A DNA stretch of 64,000 bases from Nitrospirota bacterium. Its GTDB lineage: Bacteria > Nitrospirota > Thermodesulfovibrionia > UBA6902. A model generated the notes under the pieces. It did not search any database and was not told the origin of the DNA. It worked only from the letters and a program-made list of their open reading frames with translations. Location: the NCBI GenBank assembly GCA_016234115.1, contig JACRHD010000018.1:20724-84723 (forward strand), read 5' to 3'. Below are positions 8,510-17,942 of the stretch, in pieces. The translations under genes and the position numbers were made by a program. Positions within the stretch are counted from its first letter, which is position 1; every line of letters begins with the position of its first letter.

Positions 8510-9343
8510 CTACGAGATCTTCTTCTCCTTTTTATCCTTCTCCGCCACCTTCGCCTTCACCTTATCTTTCACTTTGTCCTTATCTTTCTCTTTCTCCATC
8601 CTTACAGGCTTAACGATGACGGAATCCTTGAACCTCAGGTCGATGTACTGGACCGGCACCCCCCTTTTTTCCAGTTCGGGTTCGAGCTCCAGCCACCTGT
8701 CGAATTTTTCAGCGTACTGCCCGTAGCCGACCATGATAAATTCCCCGTCGATATTGGCCGTAAGGCCGTATGTTTCAATTCCTATTTCCACGCTCTGTTT
8801 GTCGGCAATGATGTTTTTCACTGTCAGGGCCTCCACAAGCTTCATCGCCTCCGTCATGACCTTCTTATACCTCGGATCGATGTCCTTAAGCACCGGGAGA
8901 AACGGCACGGCCTGTCCCCCCAGGGCTTCCATAATGCCGCCTCCTTCGTTAACGAGAAACATCTCTCCCTCATAACTCAGCAGGGCCTTCGGAGAAGCCT
9001 CTTCAATATTCATCACGAGCGTGCCGGGAAGGAGCCATCGCAGCGAGGCGTTTTTGATCCAGGCATTGCGCCTCAGCCTTGTGTCGATTTCTTTCAGGCT
9101 GATGTTCAACAACGGCTCGCGCCTGATGTTCAACAACTCCTCTATATCTCTTTTATCGAGATGATTATTGCCGGAGACCCGGATATCCCTGACATAAAAA
9201 GCCGTTGCAAGGAACCAGGTCCCGGCGACAATACCCGCGGCAAGGACGCCTATCGCAGAGAAGAAGATCGTCCTCCTGAAGTATATTGCCGCTTTCCCCT
9301 GACGCTGTGAAGCCGGTTTTCTCCTGCTATTCCTTGATCGCAA
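8510..9343 (-). CDS. ftsQ: Cell division protein FtsQ/DivIB
   Basis: Basic N-terminus, one TM, POTRA-like VSGNNHL...WIKNASLRWLLPGTL, YIDLRF; position in dcw cluster. Confidence 0.85.
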   Translation of the reverse strand: MRSRNSRRKPASQRQGKAAIYFRRTIFFSAIGVLAAGIVAGTWFLATAFYVRDIRVSGNNHLDKRDIEELLNIRREPLLNISLKEIDTRLRRNAWIKNASLRWLLPGTLVMNIEEASPKALLSYEGEMFLVNEGGGIMEALGGQAVPFLPVLKDIDPRYKKVMTEAMKLVEALTVKNIIADKQSVEIGIETYGLTANIDGEFIMVGYGQYAEKFDRWLELEPELEKRGVPVQYIDLRFKDSVIVKPVRMEKEKDKDKVKDKVKAKVAEKDKKEKKIS

Positions 9344-10268
9344 GACGTAATATCTCCTCTACAAGATCGTTAAAGCTCAGGCCCGCGGACTTTGCTATTT
9401 TCGGCAGCAGACTCGTAGTGGTCATGCCCGGCAGGGTATTTACCTCAAGGATATGAGGGACATTGTTGTCGTCAATCCGCAGGTCCACCCTGCTCGCCCC
9501 CGAGCATCCCAGCGCCGTGTGTGCCTTCATGGCGATTTCTTTTGCCTTCTCATATGTAGCATCATCAATCTCCGGCGGGATTATATAGTCTGTAAGTCCC
9601 GACGTGTACTTTGCCTCATAATTATAAAATTCAAGCGAAGGCCTCACCTCGACCCCTCCCATGGCCTTCTGTCCCAGCACCCCGATGTGGACCTCTTTGC
9701 CGGGGATGAATTTCTCGATCATCACCCTTTGATCAAAAGCAAAGGCCTTCTCAAGATTTGGCTGGAGGTCTTCCACTTTTTTGACAATGCTTACCCCTAC
9801 GCTCGACCCCTCTGCAACGGGCTTCACCACCCAGGGCAAAGTAAAGTCTATGACCGGAAGATCAACCGTTTTTTGAGTTTTACCCTTTGCCTTTTGCCGC
9901 GCTATCACAAACGGCGCTACGGGCAATCCGTGATATATAAAAATCTTTTTTGACGCTTCCTTGTCCATGGCAAGCGCTGAGGCCAGCACCCCGGAGCCGG
10001 TATACGGGATCCCCAGCACCTCAAGCATCCCCTGGATAGCGCCGTTTTCGCCGATGCCGCCGTGCAGGGCCAGGAAGGCGACCTTCACCTTATCTTTCTT
10101 CAGGGCGTTGACCACGTCCTTGCTGATATCAATCGGCACTGAGTTGTAACCGAGCTCCTGCAGGCCCTGGTAAATCGCAAGCCCGCTCCTGATGGAGATG
10201 TCCCTCTCCGAGGACTCACCCCCCATCAGTACGCCTATTCTTTTAGCTGTAACCAGATTCTTTGTCAT
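9327..10268 (-). CDS. ddl: D-alanine--D-alanine ligase
   Basis: MGGESSERDIS, LHGGIGENG, VKPVAEGSSVG, EVNTLPGMT. Confidence 0.97.
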   Translation of the reverse strand: MTKNLVTAKRIGVLMGGESSERDISIRSGLAIYQGLQELGYNSVPIDISKDVVNALKKDKVKVAFLALHGGIGENGAIQGMLEVLGIPYTGSGVLASALAMDKEASKKIFIYHGLPVAPFVIARQKAKGKTQKTVDLPVIDFTLPWVVKPVAEGSSVGVSIVKKVEDLQPNLEKAFAFDQRVMIEKFIPGKEVHIGVLGQKAMGGVEVRPSLEFYNYEAKYTSGLTDYIIPPEIDDATYEKAKEIAMKAHTALGCSGASRVDLRIDDNNVPHILEVNTLPGMTTTSLLPKIAKSAGLSFNDLVEEILRLAIKE

Positions 10269-10286
10269 GTTCTTTCACCACCAATC

Positions 10287-10325
10287 AATTTCAAATCTCA
10301 AATTTGAAATTTGAAATTTTAAATT
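10287..10325. repeat. Heptamer palindrome (AAATTTC/AAATCTC) at the murB stop
   Basis: aatttcaaatctcaaa|tttgaaatttgaaatt. Confidence 0.75.
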
Positions 10326-11248
10326 TTCCCGATAATCTTTATCTCCGGCTCAAGGACCACACCGCTGTGTTGCCCGACCTTTTCCTTTACTTTCTCCATG
10401 AGCGCCACAAAGTCCCTGCACGTCGCCGCGCCCTTATTGATAAAATAATTCGCGTGGAGCATGCTCACCTCGACTTCCCCGGTCCTCATGCCTTTGCACC
10501 CTGCCGCTTCTATCAGCCTCCCCGCCGCGTCCCCTTCCGGGTTTCTGAAGACGCATCCGGCGGAAGGCTCTCCCAACGGCTGTGTCTCTTTCTTCCTCCT
10601 CAGAAACTCTTTCATGCGCCCTGATATCGCGTCGGGGTTGTCTTTTGTCAGCGCGATATTGCCGCTGAGGATCACAAGATCAGCCGGAAGATTTGAGCTC
10701 CGGTATGAAAATTTCAGTTCATCCTTCTTCAGTATTGAAAGCTCTCCCTTCATATTCATTACCGCGAGGGACACAAGCAGGTCTTTCAGCTCCGTTCCGA
10801 AGGAACCGGCGTTCATATATACGGCCCCGCCGAAATATCCGGGGATGCCCGCAAGCGCCTCCATGCCCGAGCAGCCGTTTTTTTGCGCGAAGTTCAGAAG
10901 GCCCGAAAGCGGCACGCCTGCCCCTGCAAACAGGACCGCCTTCTGTTCATCGGCCTCTCTGGTAAATTCAATGCTCCTGAAGGCCTTCAGCGATATTACG
11001 ACGCCTTCGATGCCGCCATCTCCGGCAAGGACGTTCGTCCCCGCGCCGATGACCTGCACAGGCACATTCTCTCTGCCAGCGGCAAGCAGCGCGTATTTCA
11101 GGGACACAGGGTCTTCGGGAAACAGCATTATCTCCGCAGGCCCGCCTATCCTCAAGGACGTATGCGCCGAGAGGGGCTCGTCGTACCTTATCTCACCCCT
11201 GAATGAAAGCTTGTCGAATATCTCTCTTATAGTCATGCAATATTTCAT
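10319..11248 (-). CDS. murB: UDP-N-acetylenolpyruvoylglucosamine reductase
   Basis: HTSLRIGGPA, GAGTNVL, MNAGSFG, PSAGCVFRNP, LEPEIKIIG. Confidence 0.96.
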   Translation of the reverse strand: MKYCMTIREIFDKLSFRGEIRYDEPLSAHTSLRIGGPAEIMLFPEDPVSLKYALLAAGRENVPVQVIGAGTNVLAGDGGIEGVVISLKAFRSIEFTREADEQKAVLFAGAGVPLSGLLNFAQKNGCSGMEALAGIPGYFGGAVYMNAGSFGTELKDLLVSLAVMNMKGELSILKKDELKFSYRSSNLPADLVILSGNIALTKDNPDAISGRMKEFLRRKKETQPLGEPSAGCVFRNPEGDAAGRLIEAAGCKGMRTGEVEVSMLHANYFINKGAATCRDFVALMEKVKEKVGQHSGVVLEPEIKIIGKI

Positions 11249-11253
11249 TGGTC

Positions 11254-11318
11254 GTCATGCCCAAAGTCCTTAATCGGGCATCCATTTTCCCTGGATTCCC
11301 GCCTTCGCGGGAATGACA
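11254..11318. repeat. REPIN-like doublet containing ATTCCC-N8-GGGAAT (same consensus as Neisseria dRS3)
   Basis: gtcatgcccaaagtccttaatcgggcatcca ttttccc tggattcccgccttcgcgggaatgac. Confidence 0.8.
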
Positions 11319-11319
11319 G

Positions 11320-12774
11320 CTATTTTTCATTTTGAATCTTTGAATCTTGAATTCTGAATTTTAAATATTCCTCCCCTATCTTCCACACATCGCCCGCCCC
11401 TAAAGTCAACAGCATGTCCCCTTCTCTGAGCTCACCACCGAGATAGGGCAGGATGTCGTCCCTGTCCTTTATATATTCAATATCCATACTTGTCTTTTTG
11501 ATCCCGTTGAACAGGGCCTCCGAGCTGATCCCCTCTATCGGCTGCTCCCCGGCAGCATAAATATCCATCAGCACCACCTTGTCCGCGTCGGCAAAGGCGT
11601 AGAAGAAATCAGTGAGAAGGTCCCTGGTCCTCGTATACCTGTGAGGCTGAAAAACAACTACCAGTCTGGGGTCTGGAGTTCGGAGTTTGGAGTTTTCCTT
11701 TTCTAAACTCCGGACTCCCGGCTCCGGACTCTGCCTTATCGCGTCTTTCGCTGCTTTAAGAGTAGCCATGATCTCCGCGGGATGATGCCCGTAATCATCC
11801 ACCACCCTGACGCCGGAGACGACACCTTTCATCTCGAAACGCCTCTGGACCCCGCTGAAATTCCTCAAGGCCTCCCGCACGTCTTCAGTGTCCATTTTCA
11901 GCTCATTGGCCACAGCGATAGCGGCGAGGCAGTTGCATACGTTATGGGCGCCAAGAAGCGGGATTTCAAAAGCGCCGATGGATTTTCCGTTGAGCGCCGC
12001 CTCGAATTTTGTACTGAATCCGTCCGTCATGACATCCCTTGCAACAAGATCGAGCCGCTCGCTCAGTCCGTAGGTAATAAACCTGCGCGTGACCTTCGGC
12101 AGAAGCTCTTTTATGTGTTCATTGTCACCGTTGAGAATTGAAAGCCCGTAAAACGGTATCTTGTTTATAAATGAAAGGAAGGCGTTTTTTATTTCATCAA
12201 TGGTCCTGAAATAGTCCATATGCTCCCTGTCGACGTTTGTTACGACCGCGATTGTGGGCGAGAGTTTCAAAAAGGAACCGTCGCTCTCATCCGCTTCCGC
12301 CACCAGGAATTCGCCCTGACCGAGTTTCGCGTTGCTGCCGATACCTTTCAGCTTACCCCCGATCACAACAGTCGGATCGAACCCGCCTCCGGCAAGGACG
12401 CTCGCTACCAGCGAAGTGGTCGTAGTCTTGCCGTGAGCGCCGGCAATGAGCACGCCGTACTTCATCCGCGCAAGCTCCGCTAACATCTCGGCCCTCGGGA
12501 TTACGGGAATGGACAGTTTACGCGCGGCCTCGACTTCGGGGTTATAAGGAGAGACAGCCGACGAAGTCACGACCACGTCGGCGTCTTTTATATTCTCCGC
12601 CGTGTGTCCGATACTGATGTTAAGGCCCATCTCCTTCAGCCTGATTGTAGTCTCCGACTCTTTCAGGTCCGAACCGGAAACCTCGTAACCGAGATTATGA
12701 AGGACCTCGGCAATGCCGCTCATCCCGACGCCGCCTATCCCGATAAAATGCACTTTCTCAAAATGTTTGTACAT
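11320..12774 (-). CDS. murC: UDP-N-acetylmuramate--L-alanine ligase, with internal and C-terminal repeat-derived inserts
   Basis: HFIGIGGVGMSG, GAHGKTTTT, EADESDGSF, DDYGHHP, FQPHRYTRT. Confidence 0.98.
   Translation of the reverse strand: MYKHFEKVHFIGIGGVGMSGIAEVLHNLGYEVSGSDLKESETTIRLKEMGLNISIGHTAENIKDADVVVTSSAVSPYNPEVEAARKLSIPVIPRAEMLAELARMKYGVLIAGAHGKTTTTSLVASVLAGGGFDPTVVIGGKLKGIGSNAKLGQGEFLVAEADESDGSFLKLSPTIAVVTNVDREHMDYFRTIDEIKNAFLSFINKIPFYGLSILNGDNEHIKELLPKVTRRFITYGLSERLDLVARDVMTDGFSTKFEAALNGKSIGAFEIPLLGAHNVCNCLAAIAVANELKMDTEDVREALRNFSGVQRRFEMKGVVSGVRVVDDYGHHPAEIMATLKAAKDAIRQSPEPGVRSLEKENSKLRTPDPRLVVVFQPHRYTRTRDLLTDFFYAFADADKVVLMDIYAAGEQPIEGISSEALFNGIKKTSMDIEYIKDRDDILPYLGGELREGDMLLTLGAGDVWKIGEEYLKFRIQDSKIQNEK
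11330..11365. repeat. Heptamer half-array (RATTCAA) forming the MurC C-terminus FRIQDSKIQNEK
   Basis: ttttgaatctttgaatcttgaattctgaattttaaa. Confidence 0.75.
11668..11733. repeat. In-frame heptamer inverted repeat within murC (GGAGTTY / RRACTCC)
   Basis: Encodes QSPEPGVRSLEKENSKLRTPDP just before RLVVVFQPHR. Confidence 0.9.
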
Positions 12775-12778
12775 GTCT

Positions 12779-13960
12779 TTATGAGGGTCCGGGGTCCGGG
12801 GTCCAGGGTCCGGTTTCCCCTGACCCTTGCCCCTTGACCCTTGACCCCTCTATCCTATATTCCGTCTTTTTTTTTAATAGTCCCATCATAAGCTCAACAA
12901 TCTTCCCCGCTGCGTCCACATTGCCGAGAGATTTGCTGGCGCGCTCTATCGCAGCTATGGCGTCGGGGTCCTCAAGAAGATATTTCACGATATCAGCGAG
13001 GGTCTTGCCGTTGAGGTCCCTTTCGAGTATCATCTGCGCTGCCCCGGCGTCCCACAGTTTTCTCGCGTTGATTTCCTGGTGATTGGCCGCGGCAAAGGGA
13101 AACGGGACCAGTATCGCGGCCTTTCCGCACGCCGTAAGCTCGGCAAGGGTAGTTGCCCCGGCGCGTGAGATAATCAGGTCCGCAGCCGCGTAGGCGTCGG
13201 CCATATCATAAGCAAACGGAATGACCGTTCCCCTGAATTCCCGGTACCGGTAGGCCTCCCTGACAGCGTCAAGCTCTCTCTCTCCCGTCTGATGCAGAAA
13301 CTGTATACGGTCCCTGAAAGGCTCGAGGTACGCCAGGGCCTCGCTGACGGCCTTATTGATACTGCTTGAACCCAGGCTGCCGCCGAATACAAATATGGTA
13401 AAGAGGTCCCTGTCGAGGCTGAATATTTCGCGTCCCCTTTCCCGGTCTCCGGTCAATATCTCCGTCCTGACGGGATTGCCGGTAAGAAATGTCTTTTCAG
13501 GAGGAAAGAACTCTATACTTTCATGATACGTCACAGCCACGGTGTCGACGAACTTCCCTAAAATCCTGTTGGCAAGCCCGGGGAGCGTATTCTGCTCATG
13601 AATTATTGTGAGGATACCCATCATCGAAGCGCGTAAAACAAAGGGGCCGGAACTGTAACCGCCCACGCCCAATACGAGGTCCGGCCGGAACTCCTTCAGT
13701 ATCCTGCCTGAGTCTTTCAGCGACAGCGGGACAGTAAAAAGCGATTTTGCGGTATGGACGATGTCTTTCCCGACGAGTCCTTCAGACCTGATGAAGCGGA
13801 TTTCGTATCCTTCTTTGGGAATTATCTTCGCCTCCATCCCCTTCGCGGTGCCGACAAACGTGATCTTCGCCCCCGCAACCGCCTTCCCGAATTCCCGCGC
13901 CACGGCGATCGCCGGGAAGATATGACCGCCTGTTCCGCCTCCTGCAATTAAAATATTCAT
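12779..13960 (-). CDS. murG: Undecaprenyldiphospho-muramoylpentapeptide beta-N-acetylglucosaminyltransferase
   Basis: AGGGTGGHIFP, HEQN, GNPVR, GGSLG, ISRAGATT. Confidence 0.98.
   Translation of the reverse strand: MNILIAGGGTGGHIFPAIAVAREFGKAVAGAKITFVGTAKGMEAKIIPKEGYEIRFIRSEGLVGKDIVHTAKSLFTVPLSLKDSGRILKEFRPDLVLGVGGYSSGPFVLRASMMGILTIIHEQNTLPGLANRILGKFVDTVAVTYHESIEFFPPEKTFLTGNPVRTEILTGDRERGREIFSLDRDLFTIFVFGGSLGSSSINKAVSEALAYLEPFRDRIQFLHQTGERELDAVREAYRYREFRGTVIPFAYDMADAYAAADLIISRAGATTLAELTACGKAAILVPFPFAAANHQEINARKLWDAGAAQMILERDLNGKTLADIVKYLLEDPDAIAAIERASKSLGNVDAAGKIVELMMGLLKKKTEYRIEGSRVKGQGSGETGPWTPDPGPS
12784..12866. repeat. Heptamer inverted repeat forming the MurG C-terminal tail (GGGTCAA / GGACCCY)
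   Basis: Encodes TEYRIEGSRVKGQGSGETGPWTPDPGPS-stop. Confidence 0.9.
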
Positions 13961-15120
13961 CTTCGCCTTCTCACGTAATAATCATTTGTCATAAAATTGT
14001 CCGCATTCGCGCCCTGCACGGTTGTCCTGTTTTCATTTCTCTTTGAAATATTAATCAGTATTCCCGCTGCCGCCATGTTGATGAGAAGCGCAGAGCCCCC
14101 ATAACTTATAAAAGGCAGCGGCAGCCCCTTGGTCGGCATCAAGCCGGTCGTTACCGCAAAGTTGATAAGGACCTGGACCCCTATCATCATAGTCATTCCG
14201 GTCGCAAGGAAATAACTGAAAGGATCACAGGTCCTGTTGGCGACCCTGATCCCTTTTATGAATAACCAGAAAAAAAGGACAAGCACCGCTGCGGCGCCTA
14301 TCAACCCTAATTCCTCGCCGATCAGGGAAAAGATAAAATCCGTATGGACTTCAGGGAGAAAATACAGCTTCTGTTTGCTTCCGCCGGGACCGAGCCCGAA
14401 TACGCCCCCGTTTCCGAAGGCGATAAAAGACTGAATAAGCTGGAACCCGCTGCCCTGCGGGTCTTTCCACGGGTTGGTGAAGCTCATTATTCTCTTCATC
14501 CTGTATGACGATGAGGCGACAAGATAAAAAATGGCCGGAAGTGAGAGCAGGAACATCGCGCCCACGTACCTGAGCCTTACGCCCCCCACAATCAGGAGCC
14601 CCAGGGTGAGAATGCCGAGGCTCATTACCGCCCCAAAATCCGGCTGCATTATAATAACGAGCTGAAAGACCAGCATGACGCCGATGGGGACCAGTATGCC
14701 GTAGCGGAAGTCTTTCATCCTGTGAATGTTCCTGTCCATATAGTGGGCGAGGAAAAAAACCATCACTATCTTTACAAACTCCGAAGGCTGAAACGTCGTG
14801 GGCCACAACCTCAGCCACCTCCTGGCGCCGTTGGCGGAAATCCCTATGCCGGGCACAAATACCAGCAGCAGCAGCGCCAGGCCGGTCCCCATAAGCACAT
14901 AGACAAAGTCCCTCGGCCTTTGATAGTCCATATGTGACAGAAGGACCATCGCGATGGTCCCTATAAATACGGTAAAGAGATGGCTAACCAAATAATGAAA
15001 ACTGTTGCCGTGCTTGTTCATGGACATCAGCACAGTGGAGCTGTAGACCATGAGTATGCCGACGCATAAAAGAGCGGCAACCAGAATTATTATTGTCCTC
15101 GTGTCCTTATTATTTGTCAT
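13957..15120 (-). CDS. ftsW: SEDS family peptidoglycan glycosyltransferase FtsW
   Basis: GARRWL, QPSEFVK, QPDFG, LPEVHTDFIF, KGLPLPFISYGGS. Confidence 0.96.
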   Translation of the reverse strand: MTNNKDTRTIIILVAALLCVGILMVYSSTVLMSMNKHGNSFHYLVSHLFTVFIGTIAMVLLSHMDYQRPRDFVYVLMGTGLALLLLVFVPGIGISANGARRWLRLWPTTFQPSEFVKIVMVFFLAHYMDRNIHRMKDFRYGILVPIGVMLVFQLVIIMQPDFGAVMSLGILTLGLLIVGGVRLRYVGAMFLLSLPAIFYLVASSSYRMKRIMSFTNPWKDPQGSGFQLIQSFIAFGNGGVFGLGPGGSKQKLYFLPEVHTDFIFSLIGEELGLIGAAAVLVLFFWLFIKGIRVANRTCDPFSYFLATGMTMMIGVQVLINFAVTTGLMPTKGLPLPFISYGGSALLINMAAAGILINISKRNENRTTVQGANADNFMTNDYYVRRRR

Positions 15121-15135
15121 TAATTTCTTTTCCTT

Positions 15136-15200
15136 GTAAGGGCGACCCGGCGGGTCGCCCCTACGCTAAACTCTTAACTCTTGACTCTTGACTCTTGAAC
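15136..15200. repeat. GTAG-type REP hairpin with adjoining GAGTCAA heptamer arm overlapping the murD stop
   Basis: Minus strand: gagtcaa gagtcaa gagttaa gagttta gc GTAGGGGCGACCCGCCGGGTCGCCCTTAC. Confidence 0.85.
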
Positions 15201-16700
15201 CAGCTTCACCGCTTCCTTGAATTTCCTGCCCCTGTCTTCGAAATCCTTAAACATATCGAAGCTCGCGCACCCTGGCGACAGCAGTACGACATCTCCGGGA
15301 GACGCCTTTGCCATAGAAAGGTCAACCGCCGCCTGAAGGTCCCCTGCAATGAGGGTCTCCGTTACGCCTCCCAATGCCTCTTCAATCTTGTCTTTTGCCT
15401 TGCCGATTAAAACCAGGGCCTTCACTTTCCGCCTGACCAGGTCCCTCAGGACCGAGAAATCGCTCCCCTTGTCAAGCCCTCCCATAATTAAAATTACATC
15501 ATCAAGCCCCTCCAATGACTTAAACACAGCGCCGATGTTTGTCCCTTTGGAATCGTTAATGAACCTGACGCCTCCGACCTCGCCGGCAAATTCGAGCCTG
15601 TGTTCGAGACCCGGAAAACTCTTCAATACGTTTGCAATAGCGTCCGGGGGACATCCCGCTGAAAGGGCAACCAGGGCGGCCGCCATAGCGTTTTCGATAT
15701 TGTGAACACCCTGGATTTTTATCTCATTCTGAGATATAAGTGGGAAGTGAGAAGTGGGAAGTTGGAAGTGGGACGAATTGCAATAAATCATTCCGTCTTT
15801 CAAATAAACGCCCTCGACTTCTTTCATGCGACTGAAATAAAGTATTTTGGGTAATTTTTTACTTCTGACTTTCAACTTCTCAGTCCTCACTTTTTCTAAT
15901 ACATCATCAGCATTAAGGACCAGAAAATCATCGTGAGTCTGATTTTCAAAGATCCTCGCCTTGGCCTCGATGTACTCTTCCATGTTTTCATATCTGTCAA
16001 GATGGTCGGGCGTAATGTTGAGAACAGCCGCGATCTTCGGCCTGAATTCGTTAATTGTCTCGAGCTGGAAACTGGATATCTCGGCAACAATATAATCAAG
16101 AGGCAAGGGACGTGGACTTTCCCCTGACCCTTGACCCATGACCCTTGCCCCTGCCTTTAATATCTCCTCAGACAAGGCAATTCCTATGTTCCCTCCCAAC
16201 AGCGTACCGAACCCCGCCTCTTTCAGCATGAGGTCAACAAGCATGGTGGTTGTCGATTTCCCATTGGTGCCGGTAATGCCTATGAAGAAGGGGCAAGGGG
16301 CAAGGGGCAAGGGGCCGGGAGATCCATGACCCTTGACCCATGCCCCTTGACCCATTTGTTTAATCGCCTGATACGCGAGTTCGAGTTCGCCGATCACCGG
16401 GATGCCCTTTATTCTCGCGCGTTCGGGTACATGGGATTTTAGAGGCACTCCGGGGCTTATTATTATCATGTCGGCAGAGTCGATAATTTCATCCGGATCA
16501 TCACCGGTTAATATATTTACAGACGGCAGCAGTCTCTTAATATGGGCTTCAAGCGCACTTCTTGATTTACTGTCGGTAATTGTGACTTCAGCGCCTAACG
16601 CGGAGAGAAGGTTTGCCGCGCCCGTACCGCTTCGCGCAAGCCCGACTACTACGATGTTTTTACCTTTAAATGTCATTTCCTGTTTTTCCATTTGTATCAT
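15174..16700 (-). CDS. murD: UDP-N-acetylmuramoyl-L-alanine--D-glutamate ligase, with five repeat-derived segments
   Basis: VVGLARSG, ITGTNGKSTT, EISSFQL, GLEHRLE, NDSKGTN, LSPGCASFD. Confidence 0.98.
   Translation of the reverse strand: MIQMEKQEMTFKGKNIVVVGLARSGTGAANLLSALGAEVTITDSKSRSALEAHIKRLLPSVNILTGDDPDEIIDSADMIIISPGVPLKSHVPERARIKGIPVIGELELAYQAIKQMGQGAWVKGHGSPGPLPLAPCPFFIGITGTNGKSTTTMLVDLMLKEAGFGTLLGGNIGIALSEEILKAGARVMGQGSGESPRPLPLDYIVAEISSFQLETINEFRPKIAAVLNITPDHLDRYENMEEYIEAKARIFENQTHDDFLVLNADDVLEKVRTEKLKVRSKKLPKILYFSRMKEVEGVYLKDGMIYCNSSHFQLPTSHFPLISQNEIKIQGVHNIENAMAAALVALSAGCPPDAIANVLKSFPGLEHRLEFAGEVGGVRFINDSKGTNIGAVFKSLEGLDDVILIMGGLDKGSDFSVLRDLVRRKVKALVLIGKAKDKIEEALGGVTETLIAGDLQAAVDLSMAKASPGDVVLLSPGCASFDMFKDFEDRGRKFKEAVKLVQESRVKS
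15738..15895. repeat. Pair of five-heptamer arms in murD (AAGTGGG-type 15738-15772; ACTTCTC-type 15861-15895)
   Basis: Encode SHFQLPTSHFPL and KVRTEKLKVRSK. Confidence 0.8.
16098..16156. repeat. In-frame heptamer inverted repeat in murD
   Basis: Encodes GARVMGQGSGESPRPLPL before DYIVAEISSFQL. Confidence 0.85.
16290..16354. repeat. In-frame heptamer inverted repeat in murD
   Basis: Encodes MGQGAWVKGHGSPGPLPLAPCP immediately before FFIGITGTNGKST. Confidence 0.9.
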
Positions 16701-16712
16701 TCTGTATGTTCA

Positions 16713-16770
16713 CATGGGCAAGTCACCGACTCGCCCCTACCAAACTCTAAACTCTAAACTCTTGACTCTG
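16713..16770. repeat. GTAG-type REP hairpin abutting a GAGTTTA heptamer arm after the mraY stop
   Basis: Minus strand: gagtcaa gagttta gagttta gagtttg GTAGGGGCGAGTCGGTGACTTGCCCATG. Confidence 0.85.
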
Positions 16771-16775
16771 CCTTT

Positions 16776-17858
16776 TCACCTGACCTTCAATGTCGTCAAA
16801 CTCAGCAGCGCCAAAACAATCCCGACAATCCAGAACCGGATGATCACCTTGGGCTCCGGCCAGCCCATCACCTCGAAATGATGGTGTATAGGCGCCATCT
16901 TGAATACTCTTTTACCTGTAAGCTTAAACGATGTAACCTGGATAATAACCGAGAAGGTCTCAATAACAAATATGGCGCCGACAACCGCCAAAATGATCTC
17001 CTGCTTTGTTATCACCGCGAGGGTCCCTAACGCGCCCCCTAATCCGAGGGAGCCCACATCACCCATAAAAACGTCGGCGGGATAGCTGTTGTACCAGAGG
17101 AAACCGAGGGCCGCGCCGAACATCGCACCGCAAAAAACCGTAAGCTCTCCCGTGCCCGGCAGATAAAGGACCTGAAGGTATTGTGAAAATCCCGCATGCC
17201 CCGAGATATAAACGAATACTGCATTTGCAAGAGAAGCGACACCCACGAGACCTATCGCCAGACCGTCTATTCCATCCGTAAGGTTCACGGCGTTAGAGGA
17301 CCCTACTATTACGAGTATTATGAAAGGGATATAAAACCACCCCAGATCGATCAGCCATTTCTTGAAAAAAGGGATGCTCAGTTTGGCGATATAAATGTCA
17401 TTGGGATCGAAATAAAATACAAAGCCTATCAAAAGCGCAAGGAGGATCTGCGCGCCGAACTTGTACCAACCCTTCAGTCCCTTGGGGTTTTTCTTGATCA
17501 CCTTCAGGTAATCATCCGTCAGCCCTATAAGCCCGAAACCGACGATTGAGAAGACCATGATCAGGACAAATTTATTGCTCAGGTCCCCCCACAGCAGCAC
17601 GCTCGTCACAATAGACAAGATAATGATTACTCCGCCCATTGTCGGAGTGCCTTCCTTTTTCAGGTGTGTCCGGGGGCCGTCATCTCTGACATACTGGGTC
17701 ATGCTCAGCTTTCTGAGTTTTTTAATGATCGCCGGGGCGAATATAAACGTTATAAACAATGAAGTAATAATGGCGAGAGCCGTCCTGAAGGTAATGTACC
17801 TGAATACATTAAGGGCCGAATAGGAATCGTGAAAATAATAGAGCAGTTTATACAGCAC
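16776..17858 (-). CDS. mraY: Phospho-N-acetylmuramoyl-pentapeptide-transferase
   Basis: KEGTPTMGG, DDYLK, SNAVNLTDGIDGL, VFMGDVGSL, MAPIHHHFE; GTG start. Confidence 0.98.
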   Translation of the reverse strand: MLYKLLYYFHDSYSALNVFRYITFRTALAIITSLFITFIFAPAIIKKLRKLSMTQYVRDDGPRTHLKKEGTPTMGGVIIILSIVTSVLLWGDLSNKFVLIMVFSIVGFGLIGLTDDYLKVIKKNPKGLKGWYKFGAQILLALLIGFVFYFDPNDIYIAKLSIPFFKKWLIDLGWFYIPFIILVIVGSSNAVNLTDGIDGLAIGLVGVASLANAVFVYISGHAGFSQYLQVLYLPGTGELTVFCGAMFGAALGFLWYNSYPADVFMGDVGSLGLGGALGTLAVITKQEIILAVVGAIFVIETFSVIIQVTSFKLTGKRVFKMAPIHHHFEVMGWPEPKVIIRFWIVGIVLALLSLTTLKVR

Positions 17859-17942
17859 GTCTTCCCCCCGCGCCGACTCGAAAATCCCCCTCTTTTAAAA
17901 AGGGGGGGAAGTCTTTTACATATTTCTTTGTGATCAATCGAC

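Noticed and set aside
8520-8600. Lys/Asp/Val-rich FtsQ tail as another repeat element
   Set aside because: Period is 6 nt (codon-level low complexity), with no inverted arm and no 7- or 9-nt period.
13970-15121. Faint heptamer-like traces at the ftsW ends (AATGACA AATAATA AGGACAC) and after pilQ (34015-34050)
   Set aside because: Too degenerate, with inconsistent period, to separate from chance by eye.
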